64,000 nucleotides of DNA, from positions 48,794,001 to 48,858,000 of the forward strand of contig NC_043006.1 of NCBI RefSeq assembly GCF_006345805.1. Reading direction: 5' to 3'. This stretch comes from Octopus sinensis (lineage: Eukaryota). This document shows, in pieces, positions 40,735 to 52,063 of the stretch. The notes beneath the pieces were generated by a model. It did not search any database and was not told the DNA's origin. It saw only the letters and a list, made by a program, of their open reading frames with translations. How positions within the stretch are numbered: position 1 is the first letter of the stretch; each line of letters opens with the position of its first letter. A program made the translations under genes and the position numbers.

Positions 40735-42231
40735 GTATATATATCTACATACACACACGTATGTATGTATATGTATGCCATTTCTCTTGAGTGCCACCTG
40801 CTGGCCTGCACCAGAAATTGTTCTATATTGTGACCACTATTCATTGTCATCTTTGACAAAATCACTTGAACACTCTTCACCATTCACTGTGTGGCATCTG
40901 TTTTCGGTCACTAGATACCTTTGTCCATTTATTCACTTCATGCAAATCCTCCCTCTTCACCCTCATCTATTTTCTATCTCTGTCTCTCTTTCTCTCTCTC
41001 TCTCTCTCTTACCTACTCTTTGACCCAACCCCCCAACCCTTCCAACTAAATTTCCCCCATGTCTTTCCATTAACCCACCCTTCCTTGGAAAACCATTTTC
41101 ATCATACTCCCTCCATCCTATGGGTCAATCATTTTCTTCTTTTTATTTTTTTCTTTCTGTCCCTTTGTCCCTATATGACCCCTTATTGTGACTTTCTATT
41201 ATTTCAGTTGTTTATACATGATGATTCGGTTTATTTAATTAATTTTTTTTTTTTCAAATAATTTTTTCCTAATTATAAAAGCCATATTCTCCTCCGTTAT
41301 TCCAAAGATGAATTCCTCATCTTAAGTCTCTCTCTCACTATATGACTTTGGACAGATACCACATCTGGGCTCATGTGCAAGCTGAGTTCTCTACCGTTGC
41401 TCACTGAAAGAAACTTAGATTTGCCAGCCCATCTGGATGCTATGGGGTTTGTCGACCCCAACTACTAAACAGGCTGTGGCCCGTGTGGTGTGTGCGCGTG
41501 TATGCTGTCTACCAACGCCTCCACATCATACACATGAGAAAGCTTCCTTTGTTCACTACTACTACTACAAATACTACTACTACTACTACTTCTACTACTT
41601 CTACTACTTTGTAAAAAGATGTCTTAAATATGGTGAGTCTTACAACCGTCTTCCAAACGACTTATTTCAATTAACTGGCTTACATGAATTTTAGTCATAG
41701 TTAAATCTAGCTATGGTATATATATATCTATATATATATATCCTATCTTTTATTGTACACTCCCTAAGCTATCACCTCCCCTTTCACTTTCTCTCACTAT
41801 CTTTCTATCAGTTTGTCTTTTGACTTCTTTCTTTTTTTCTCTCTCCTCTCTCTCTTTCTCTCTCTCTCTTTGCCTCTCTCTTTCACATCCCTCACCTTAT
41901 CCCTCTCTTCAGAAAATGCATGTCATGTTACACCCAAGTGTTTTTGATATTGTATCATTCAAACAGGTGTGCCTATCTATGTGTGTACGTGCTCCTTTCA
42001 ACCACCCCACCCCCTTCAACACACATACACACACACATATGGAATAATACACAAAATCAATGGGAATGTTGTGGTTCGGCGTTTAATTTAGAATTTAACA
42101 TGTGAAAAGGAAAATATTTCAGCTTTGTTGTGGCACTGTTATGCTTGTGTAATCTGTGAAGTTTTCTGCTACTTTTGCATCAAAGCTTAAAAGGTACCAT
42201 CCAAATAACAAACATTGGTACAGGGATTGAT

Positions 42232-42398
42232 AAAATTGATAAAAAATAGTACAGTGGACATGCAGGGAGGAGTGGAAAATCCAATGTTTCAGACGTAGGC
42301 CTTCTTCAGGGAAGAGATGACTGGAGAGAAATAAATGAGAGAGACAGGAGAGTTTTCAGTCCCTGCAGCAAGTTCACTGTACTCTTTGTATCAATTTT
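42232..42398. mobile_element. Short foldback element with a central Penelope-type hammerhead-like core on the minus strand
   Basis: About 35-bp imperfect arms. Centre reads TCC-CTGAAGA-A-GGC-ctac-GTC-T-GAAAC-ATT-GGA on the minus strand. Confidence 0.5.
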
Positions 42399-42555
42399 AC
42401 TAAATAATACAAGTCTTGCTGATATAGACCAACAACATTGGAGTCTGAATAATTGAAAATATATATATATATATTCAGATAAATATGGTACTTACGTTGA
42501 GACACCAGAATTTAGTATGGTATTATCCATACAATTTCAAAATAAGGTGATTAAA

Positions 42556-43005
42556 ATCAAAATAAGCAACAAGAATGTCCAGAGGTAATGCAGTACGGTC
42601 GTTTCAAGCAACTCCATTTAATTGAACAATGTACTCATTTCATTACATCAATTTAAAATGTAGAGCTATCTTCAGCTGTACAAAGACATAGAATTTAATT
42701 AAATTAGGACACATTAGTATAATTTTACCCAAAATCTTCAAGAACATGTTTTACCAACAACATCATTGTTGTAACTATGATGTTATTGGTAAGACATGTT
42801 CTTTGTCTATCTCCTTATCCTCTTGGAGATTTTAGGTAAAATTATACTAATGTATCCTAATTTAATTAAATTATATGTCTTTGTACAGCTGAAGATTGCT
42901 CTACATTTTAAATTGATGTAATGAAATGATTGCATTGTTCAATTAAATGGAGTCGCACGAAACAATCGTACTGCATTACCTCTGGATATCCTTGTTTATT
43001 TTGAT
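42556..43005. mobile_element. 450-bp near-perfect foldback: two inverted Penelope-type termini around a 64-nt inner hairpin
   Basis: About 180-bp arms with few mismatches. Each arm reads GTACAG-CTGAAGA...GAAAC-(GACC/AATC)-GTA-CTGCAT. Confidence 0.75.
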
Positions 43006-43797
43006 ATATATATATACATATATATATATATGAATACTTGTTTTTATATGTCAAGTTACGATAAAAACAATTTATCATAAAAAGGAAGATCTGCTGAATA
43101 CTTTTTATAGAGTAAAATGTATTATACTTTTACAAGAGTGGTGACATTGGTTTTGAAGTTTTCAACCTGACAGCTCAACAATGGATAAGGGACCGAAACT
43201 TCAAAAGTCACTGTCGTTCATCTTCTAAAAGCATTACATTTTTCATACAATGCATTTGATATATATATGTATATATATATATGTGTGCATATATATATAT
43301 ATATGGAGGTCTCCTTGATTCTTCATTTCTTTCTTCTTTGCTTCATTTCTTCCAAACATTACCTTGATATTCTTTGAAATACCCTTCACCTTTTCTGAGT
43401 CGTAAATTGGTTTTTCTTTTTCTTTTTGTTTTTTTCTCCTAACTAATTTTGAACAACTCCAGTAGTGATGAAGTGTCTAGAAATCATCATCTTCATCATT
43501 GCCTTCATCATCATTATCACCATCATCATCATTTTACTGTCCATTTTTTTCCATATTGGCATTGATTACTCAAGATCTACTCAGAGAGTATTCTATGGCC
43601 AAATGCTCTTCCTGTCTCCAACCCTTTTTCCCTGCCACCTTTCTACAAGACACATTTTTATTGCGCTAGTCTTCACATGAGACCATTTAGCTATGACATT
43701 GTCTTCAGGAAAAATATTAACACAGACACAAACAAAAGTGATGAATGGAGGGCAGCTATAGCAGATTCTTATTTATTATTATTATTATTATAATAAT

Positions 43798-44574
43798 AAG
43801 GCTGCAAGCCGGCAGAAACATGAGCATGCCAAGCAAAATGCTTTACGGCATTTCGTCTGTCTTTTACATTCTGAGTTCAAATTTCACCAGGGCCAACTTT
43901 ACCTTTCATCCTTTCAAGGTCGATAAAATAAAGTACCAGTCAAGTACCAGGGTTGATGTAATCAATTTATCCCTACCCAAAATTGCTGGCACAGTGCCAA
44001 AAATTGAAACCATTGTTATTAGTATTATTAACATGGTAAGCTGGCAGAATCGTTAGCATATGAGCATTTCATCTGTCTTTAAGTTCTGCATTCAAATTCC
44101 TTGGAGGTTGACTTTGAATTCCGCCTCCCATAAAACTGCTGGCCCTCTGCCAAAATTTGAAAACATTATTATTATATTATTATTATTAATAATAATAAGG
44201 CTGCAAGCCGCAGAGAAACATGAGCATGCCAAGCAAAATGCTTTACGGCATTTCGTCTGTCTTTTACATTCTGAGTTCAAATTTCACCAGGGCCAACTTT
44301 ACCTTTCATCCTTTCAAGGTCGATAAAATAAAGTACCAGTCAAGTACCAGGGTTGATGTAATCAATTTATCCCTACCCAAAATTGCTGGCACAGTGCCAA
44401 AAATTGAAACCATTGTTATTAGTATTATTAACATGGTAAGCTGGCAGAATCGTTAGCATATGAGCATTTCATCTGTCTTTAAGTTCTGCATTCAAATTCC
44501 TTGGAGGTTGACTTTGAATTCCGCCTCCCATAAAACTGCTGGCCCTCTGCCAAAATTTGAAAACATTATTATTA

Positions 44575-44617
<43 letters not shown>

Positions 44618-44850
44618 GAAGCGGAAAGCTGGCAGAATCATTAGTGTACCAGGCAAAATGCTTAGCGGCATTTTGTCCATCTTTACATTCTGAATTCAAA
44701 TTCCACAAAGATCAACTTTGCCTTTCATTGTTTCAGTGTCAATAAATTAGGTACCAGTAAAACACTGGGGTCAATATAATCAACTATCCTCCTCCCACAA
44801 ATTCCAGGCCTTGTACCTGTAGTATAAAGGATTGTTATTATTATTATATT
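43798..44850 (+). mobile_element. Five family C SINE units including a near-exact 400-bp tandem duplication
   Basis: About 43813-44188 is identical by eye to about 44213-44588. Confidence 0.85.
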
Positions 44851-45084
44851 TTTTTACTAATTTCAATCAGTGAACTGTGGCCGTGCTGGGGCACACCATA
44901 CAAGGGTTTCAATCTCTTATACCAACCACAGCATCATGATTTTGTCTGATGCTAAGTTTATCAATATGGAAGAAGAGAAAAACGAAGTGAGTCTAAGCAG
45001 GATTTGAACTCAGAATGTTAAGACATATAGCCATAAGTAACAAGATATCAAATGTACTACCAACCTACCATATATATATGGCAC

Positions 45085-45310
45085 ACTGGCATTCCATCAG
45101 TCACAACAACAAGGGTTCAAGCGGGTCCAATCAACAAAACAGCCTGCTTGCGAAATTAAGGTGCAAGTAGCTGAGCACTCCACAGACATGCATATTCTCA
45201 GGGGGACTCAGCATGACACAGTGTGGCAAGGTTGGCCCTTTGGAATACAAGTACTACTCATTTTTGCCAGCTGAATGGACTGGAGTTGTCTCTAAAGGTA
45301 CCCAAGGGCA
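45085..45310 (-). mobile_element. SINE body fragment, another family
   Basis: cagcctgcttgcgaaattaa...gctgagcactccacagac...tttttgccagctgaatggactggag, recalled as a cephalopod SINE segment. Confidence 0.5.
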
Positions 45311-45989
45311 AGATGTTAGGGTTAATTGCTATCTGGGTGATGGGGTTAAATGTATCATCATCCAAGAACAGGAATGGTCCTTCTGATGGACTTCTACTGA
45401 GTTTTGTTCAACCGGAAACTCTTGTAGGAGACGCTTGCCAAGGATTTACACACTGGGATGAAATGAACTTCTTAAACCACACAGCTGTACCTCTGTGTGT
45501 ATGTGTGTTTTTTTGTTTTTTTTTGACATATTTGATTTTATATACAGCCAGTAATTCTTTTGGTGTCAGAACTATATATAAACTGACAAACTACAAATGT
45601 ATTTCACAAATTTGGCACTCTACTGTCATCTATCAGTCTCTTTCTCTCTTTGTGGTTCTTACCTGCTGTTTTGCTGGGAGTTGTTCAACACCTTGTCCAC
45701 AGCATACTGTTGTACCAGTAAATTTGTTCAATATTCAGGTATAACAACACAATTTATGCATGTGCATGCACACACACACGTGTGTGGCTGTGTGGTTTAA
45801 GAACTTCTCAAGCATGTGATCTTGGGTTCACCTTCACTGCTCAGCACCTTAGGTGTCTCCTACTATAGGTCCAGGCCAACCAAAGTCTTGTGAGTGGATC
45901 TTGTTGGCAGAAACTGAGAGATGCCTAGAAGCTCGACATAGCCACATGTGTGTGAGAGAGAGAGAGAGAGAGAGATAGGAAGATTATAT

Positions 45990-46232
45990 GTATTCTTCTC
46001 TAGACATCACATGATGGTCGTATATAAGTATCATCATCATCTTCAAAGAAGCAGGCTTGTTTATTTCCATTCTTCCATGAAAAACGTCTGGCTTTGAGAA
46101 AATATTACCTTGCTTGGAAACAGGTGAGTGTTGGTGACAGTGAGGGCATCCCTGTGCAGAAAATCTGCCACAACAAATTCCATCTGACTCATACAAGGAT
46201 GGAAAAGTGGATATTAAAATGGTGATGATGAC
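45990..46232 (+). mobile_element. SINE 3' fragment, family E; related minus-strand fragments at 3790-3925, 38230-38310 and 43495-43680
   Basis: ccttgcttggaaacaggtgag...gagggcatcc...ggaaaagtggatattaaa(atg)n. Confidence 0.6.
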
Positions 46233-46431
46233 TATAATGATATTGTTTGCTCATCTTGCAGTTATACTGAGACACCATCTTGAAAGATTTTAGTTCATTA
46301 TATCAATGCCATTACTTACAATTTTAAGTCATGTATTTACTTATTTTATCAATCTCAAACACATCTACTAAGTTATTGGACTTATGTAAAGGTTTTGTAT
46401 TGTTCAAGTGGTATCAACATATATATATATA

Positions 46432-46948
46432 CGAGGGTGACTCAAAAAGTAATGCCATTTTGTTTAGAACAGATATAAATACCAACACAGGAACATGTAT
46501 CATACATCATCCTTACTTCTCAACATAGTCACTGTTTCTCTCAATAGCAACGTTCCACCTTCGGATGAGAGCATGTATCCCTGCCCCATAAAATTCTGTT
46601 GACTGTTCTTTAAGCCACTTCTTCACTACAGTTTTCATTTCCTCGTCACTGGAATAATGTTTGCATCTCAAACCCTCTTTCATGGGGCCGAAGAAATGAT
46701 AGTCAAGTGATGATGATAGTCCAGTGACGAAGAAGTAGTTCAAAGAACAGTCAACAGAATTTTACAAGGCAGGGATACATATTCTCATTCGAAGGTGGAA
46801 CATTGCTATTGAGAGAAACGGTGACTATGTTGAATTAGGGATGTGATCCACAGAGGACTAGCTTCATTTTGATGTATGATACATGTTCTTGTGTTGGTAA
46901 TTATACCTGTCCTGAACAAAATGGCATTACCTTTTTGACTCACTCTCA
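46432..46948. mobile_element. Mariner-derived foldback made of two inverted transposase 3' ends
   Basis: About 29-bp TIRs CGAGGGTGACTCAAAAAGTAATGCCATTT, TA on the left. The minus arm encodes DYHFFGPMKEGLR...WLKEQSTEFYGAGIHALIRRWNVAIERNSDYVEK. The plus arm repeats the same C-terminus with deletions. Confidence 0.85.
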
Positions 46949-47270
46949 TGTTCACAAGCTCTTGCCTGTCAACAGAGGCCTCATTTTATCCATGTAATCA
47001 TCAAAACTAATTCTATCTGATACATATCACAACAAGAATGGATTATTTACCTCTGCAAATTCAGATATTATTATAAATCTCTGAAACAATTATCATTTCA
47101 TTGTAATTCTAGACAGAGCTCTTCATTCTGCATTGCCTCAGTTCACCGATCCTTCAAGACCAGTTTAACTTGAAATATTACTGGAGATAGACCAATCTCC
47201 TATCCTGAGAACAGCTGTTGCATGGGTACAATTATAGTAATGCAAAGTCCCAATCAACAACATCTTTACA

Positions 47271-47312
<42 letters not shown>

Positions 47313-47623
47313 TCTATGTGTGTATTAGATAAATGATTTTCTTTAGAAAAAAATCAATGATCATTCCTGAGTTGTTCTTTCTCTTTACATCTCCCTTTCA
47401 CCCCTCACCACCTCTGTTATTATCTCTCTCTTTTTCTTTCTTTAACTCTCCTCTTTTTCTATAACTCCCTCCCTCTATATCTTTGTATAACTTCCTTTCT
47501 CATACACGAGGGAACGTTTGATTGTTAATTTTTTTTCCCTCTTTTTTGTGTGTTAATGGGTGGGAAGAATTGGGAGTTGATTAATGAATTTTTACTCAAT
47601 GGGTGAATGAAATAAAGTCAGTG

Positions 47624-48127
47624 TTTGACAGACATTGAGTGACAGTCACAAATTGTCTGTCAGACATTTTGCAACTGTCTCATATTGTCTGTCAGACATT
47701 TTGCAACTGTCTCAAATTGTCTGTCAGACATTTTGCAACTATCTCAAATTGTCTCTCAGACATTTTGCAATTGTCTCAAAATGTCTCTCAGACATTTTGC
47801 AACTATCTCAAATTGTCTCTCAGACATTTTGCAATTGTCTCAAAATGTCTGTCAGACATTTTGCAACTGTCTCAAATTGTCTCTCAGACATTTTGCAATT
47901 GTCTCAAAATGTCTCTCAGACATTTTGCAACTATCTCAAATTGTCTCTCAGACATTTTGCAATTGTCTCAAAATGTCTGTCAGACATTTTGCAACTGTCT
48001 CAAATTGTCTCTCGGACATTATGCAACAGTCTCAGATTGTCAGATAATTTGTGTGACAGTCATAAATTGTCTATCAGATATTATGTGACTGTCTCAAATT
48101 GTCTGTCAAATATTCACAAGGTCTGAC
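47624..48127. repeat. 32-bp minisatellite, about 12 good units plus degenerate ends, with higher-order structure
   Basis: Unit gtct(g/c)tcagacattttgcaa(c/t)t(g/a)tctcaaa(t/a)t starting at 47655. Units 4-7 equal units 8-11. Confidence 0.95.
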
Positions 48128-48368
48128 AGTTAAAAATACCTTACAGCTTTTCAGTATCGTTAATGACTTCTGCAGTAATCCATCATACAAAAAAAAAAAA
48201 GCTTCTCTTCAGTTTATATTGCATTGTTGTTCATGCTTGTTGTTGTTGTTAGTAATGTTGTAGTTAATGTATTTTAATATTGTTGATGTTGTGTTTATTT
48301 AAGTCATTTAGTTGTCTGTTATGTAAGATTATTTTGCATATTTTGCACTTCTCTTTCTTTCTATCTCA

Positions 48369-48400
<32 letters not shown>

Positions 48401-48783
48401 GTATGTACATATAATGTGTGTGTATGTATATATATATATATATGGTGTTGTATAAATTTTATTTAATGTTTTGTAATTATTGCTTTGATTCTGAAATTTG
48501 AATAGTTATATTTCCTAAGTCTCTTCTTTAAAATGGATATCCTAAAAATGTTGATAGATATTAAATGCTTTTTACACACAAGAGAGACACATACATACAC
48601 GGTTATTACAAATTATGACCTGATTTTTTCTTCTTTTTTTTTCACCCCTTTACAAGCACAAAATTTTCCATATATTAATTAATTGTCAATGATACAACTT
48701 GTAAATTTATAATTTTCATCTTAGATGATCTTCCAATCTCAACTCTCATTTGAGCCATGCCTCAGTAGAAAAAATGACTGGCC

Positions 48784-49000
48784 TTAACCCTTTTGTTACC
48801 ATATTTTTGTTGAGATGTTCAGCATTTCTTTCAATTAATCTTAAATGTAACAAAGAATTTAGTAAAATAACATAGTTATTAAGCAAGTGTTAAGAAAATA
48901 AATTGTGACTAAGGTTTGGTGGAAGATTTTAATTCCAAACTTTTGAAAACAAGACATTTGCCAGAGGCGGTTTCAGCTGGGTTGGTATCATAACGGTTAA
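48784..49000. mobile_element. piggyBac-like MITE, family G, single copy
   Basis: TTAACCCTTTTGTTACC...GGTATCATAACGGTTAA; matches the array units at 36494-37173. Confidence 0.7.
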
Positions 49001-49114
49001 AATACTTAATCTTAGTATTTAACCTGCAAGAACATATGGCCTTTTCTAGAAAGAGAAATAGACAATACAATTCTATATTTCTGAGATGAGAAATTTCATG
49101 TTATTTATCAATTA

Positions 49115-49379
49115 AAGTGGTATCCTCATCCTGGTCATTGCTTTCACAGTGTTTTGTCTTTTTGTTTGCTCCAGTTTTCTTCAGGTGTCTGGTGATTCAC
49201 TGTAGTGCCTTGCTTGAAATTGAACTCAACCTCCAGGTAAATGCAGCGCGGTCACCTAGAGGTTCTGAGTTCAATCCTAGGCAAGGTACTAAGGTGAAAT
49301 ACAAGACACTTGAAGAAGGCTGAAGCATACAAAAGGCTGAAATATTGTGAAAGCAACAATCAAGATAAGGATACCACTT
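49115..49379. mobile_element. Diverged foldback similar in design to 4585-4926, with an inverted pair of B-box-like segments inside
   Basis: Arms aagtggtatcc...ttcttcaggtgtc / gacacttgaagaag...ggataccactt. Inner palindrome gccttgc..ttgaactc-aacctccaggt / acctagaggtt-ctgagttcaatcctaggcaagg. Confidence 0.55.
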
Positions 49380-50623
49380 CATGGTCATAACATACTAGAA
49401 TACGCACCAAATTTTCCTGTTGTCTTAAGGAAGAACATACTGGGTAATATGAATAAATCCTTAGATACATGAATCGTTAGGATTTCAAATCTCCTTCACA
49501 TCAGTGAAATTTATTCAGATTTCTGGATATCAGAATCTGATTTTTGTTGATGCAGTTCTCCACTAGTTATCTTGAAATCTGGTTTATACATGCTAGATGC
49601 ACAATTTCTGAAGAAAAGAAATAAAAATGTTGAGCTGGTCGTGGCTGGAACATCTTTGATCATAGCTCTGCTTAATAGAAAGCTGACCTGGAGCTAAAGA
49701 AGTGCAATCACAATGTTGGACAATGCATAAATTCTATAAATCAGTTTTGTTTGTCTCAGATGTTTACACAGAATGTGGAATTATGCTTTAGGCAAGGAAC
49801 AGCTTATCCCCTTCCCAACTAATGAGACAGCTCAAAGGAAGAACACCTAGGCTGATAGAACACCAAATGAGCTTTGGGATCAGCACATAGTTCTAATAGT
49901 CAACTGTTCTTTCTTAGAGATAGAGGACTAGCATTATGAAGGGCATCCAACTGTAGAAACCATGCCTAAGCTGACATTGGGGCCTGACACCGCTCTGCAT
50001 CAAACCATCCTGTGCATACCAGCATGGAAAATGGGCATTAAATGATAAAGACTAGAATGTATCCAGTACATTTTGTAATGTGGTTTACAATATTGAGGAT
50101 GTGTAGCCATAGAAACCACACAGCATATGAGTGAGATATGGTTCTCAGTCCTTTTAGGAAGGCAGTAACTCCAAATATGATCTGATTTGGATTGGTCTCT
50201 CCATTCCATGCCAGCATAGAAGAGCACACAAAAGTAACGGTGGTGGTTCTTAAATGCTGACCATTTGATATTTTTGGCTGGTTTGAAAGTTGTAATTTAT
50301 GCGCATTCCTCTGGCTGTTCTGTTTTTATCTTTTTACAACAAATGAGGCTGTAAAATGTATTTCTTTACATTTGGTGTCCTGAGAGAAAGAGCTTTCATC
50401 TTGAAATCTTAACTAGGGCAAGCCAATAAAGGAGCCTTTGTAGGGCTGCTCAGCCCACTGAAAACAGCATTGAAATATCCTTCAAATCACACCTTACTAT
50501 CTGATAGTTCTTGATTTATAGAAAGACAGGATAATCACTGCTAGGTCTGTCTGGTGAATCAGGTCTGACCCACAAATAAAGATCATTATCAGCATCAATG
50601 AGGCCAACAGAAAGTGTTTAGAC

Positions 50624-51306
50624 CAGGGCTGGCCAACCTGAGGCCCACAGGCCACATGCGACCCGCAGACTTTTATCTTGTGGCCTGCTTGATACTTTCT
50701 TGAAATGGGTTTATTTAAAGAAACATTTTAAAAATTTTATCAAATATTAAATATTGTAATGAAAAGTAAAACTGAAAGATACTACTTAGTTAGTTAGTTA
50801 GTTAGTTAATTTGGCTCAAAAGCAAATAGCAAGGCCATGTAGGGGGACATGGAGTTAAGTACAGGGTGGTGTTCATGTAAAGAGTTCAGGCCACTTGAGG
50901 TCAAGGGAGGCTTTGAACAAAGCGGTCGTTGGCATCTTCACCATCTCGTCTGGCAGCTTGTTCCACGGATCCGCAACCCGGACGGAGAAAGCTCCTCTCC
51001 TTTGATTGAGATGAAATCGTTGCAGGTAGAGCTTTTCGGAATGACCCCGCAGCCGACGCTCTGGAGCAGGAGTGAAGAACAGCTCTTTCGAGAGGTTACA
51101 CTTTCCGCTTATGATGTTGTGGGCGAGAATGAGATCGTTTTTGCAACGATAATCTTTCATGTTGAATCAACGGTCATTCATTCCTTATTGTAATAATGGC
51201 ATGAGAAAGTAAAACGCTTCCAATTCTGTCAGTATACAAACGGCCCTCAAAGCACTTTCTGTGATTAAAGTGGCCCCCACAATGTAATTCAAGTTAGCCA
51301 GGCCTG
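50624..51306. mobile_element. hAT-type MITE interrupted by the LINE fragment
   Basis: Termini CAGGGCTGGCCAAC / GTTAGCCAGGCCTG. 8-bp flanks gtttagac / gtctagat. Homologous to 13103-13424. Confidence 0.75.
50787..51136 (-). mobile_element. 3' end fragment of a CR1/L2-like LINE with (TAAC)n tail, inserted into a hAT MITE
   Basis: Encodes LRGHSEKL...RRGAFSVRVADPWNKLP...FKASLD, typical of CR1-group ORF2 C-termini. Tail reads (tagt)n on the plus strand at 50787-50808. Confidence 0.85.
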
Positions 51307-51674
51307 GTCTAGATAATCGAACAACAATAAGTCATGTTTGTCATGGAATTAGGATGACAGCTTATAGTCATGAGCTTGAAATTTGCTTAGAGCCATTGTT
51401 ATTAGTTCCATGATAAGCCATGTAAATCCACATGCCTCGGTTTTCCTGCTTGATGAACGAAATTCTGTAGCCACAGCAACAGCACACCCAAACACCATCC
51501 TTTCTGAACCATACAGAGAAATATAAAACATAAAAACTGCCAACACCAAAAATAAAAATACACACTTAAAAAAAATGTATTGACAGATTAGGTGAGAGTT
51601 GGCAAGTAGTCCATTCATATTCAAAAAACAATGATATTTATGCTGCTTTTTACATCTCAGTATTTCCATCTCTA

Positions 51675-52063
51675 TTCTTTACTTGTTTCAGTCATTTGAC
51701 TGCGGCCATGCTGGAGCACCGCCTTTAGTCGAGCAAATCGACCCCGGGACTTATTCTTTGTAAGCCTAGTACTTATTCTATCGGTCTCTTTTGCCGAATC
51801 GCTAAGTGACGGGGACATAAACACACCAGCATTGGTTGTCAAGCAATGCTAGGAGGACAGACGCAGATACACAAACATACACACACACACACACATATGC
51901 CAGGCTTCTTTCAGTTTCCGTCTACCAAATCCATTCACAAGGCTTTGGTCGGCCCGAGGCTATAGCAGAAGACACTTGCCCAAGATGCCACGCAGTGGAA
52001 CTGAGCCCGGTACCATGTGGTTGGTAAGCAAGCTACTTACCACACAGCCAATCCTGCGCCTAT
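51675..52063 (-). mobile_element. tRNA-derived SINE family A, young copy about 220 bp upstream of the P3 exon
   Basis: Reverse complement of family A with many CpGs retained. Confidence 0.9.

Noticed and set aside
45223-45744. 173-aa ORF as a gene
   Set aside because: It starts in a SINE fragment, has no recognisable domain or splice context, and drifts into low-complexity sequence.
46513-46743. Functional mariner transposase
   Set aside because: Only the last 66 or so residues are present; no DNA-binding domain or first catalytic residues.
47624-48127. CRISPR-like array or coding repeat ORFs (47635, 47639, 47685)
   Set aside because: Units are contiguous with no unique spacers, there are no cas genes, and the 32-bp period makes the ORFs cycle frames.
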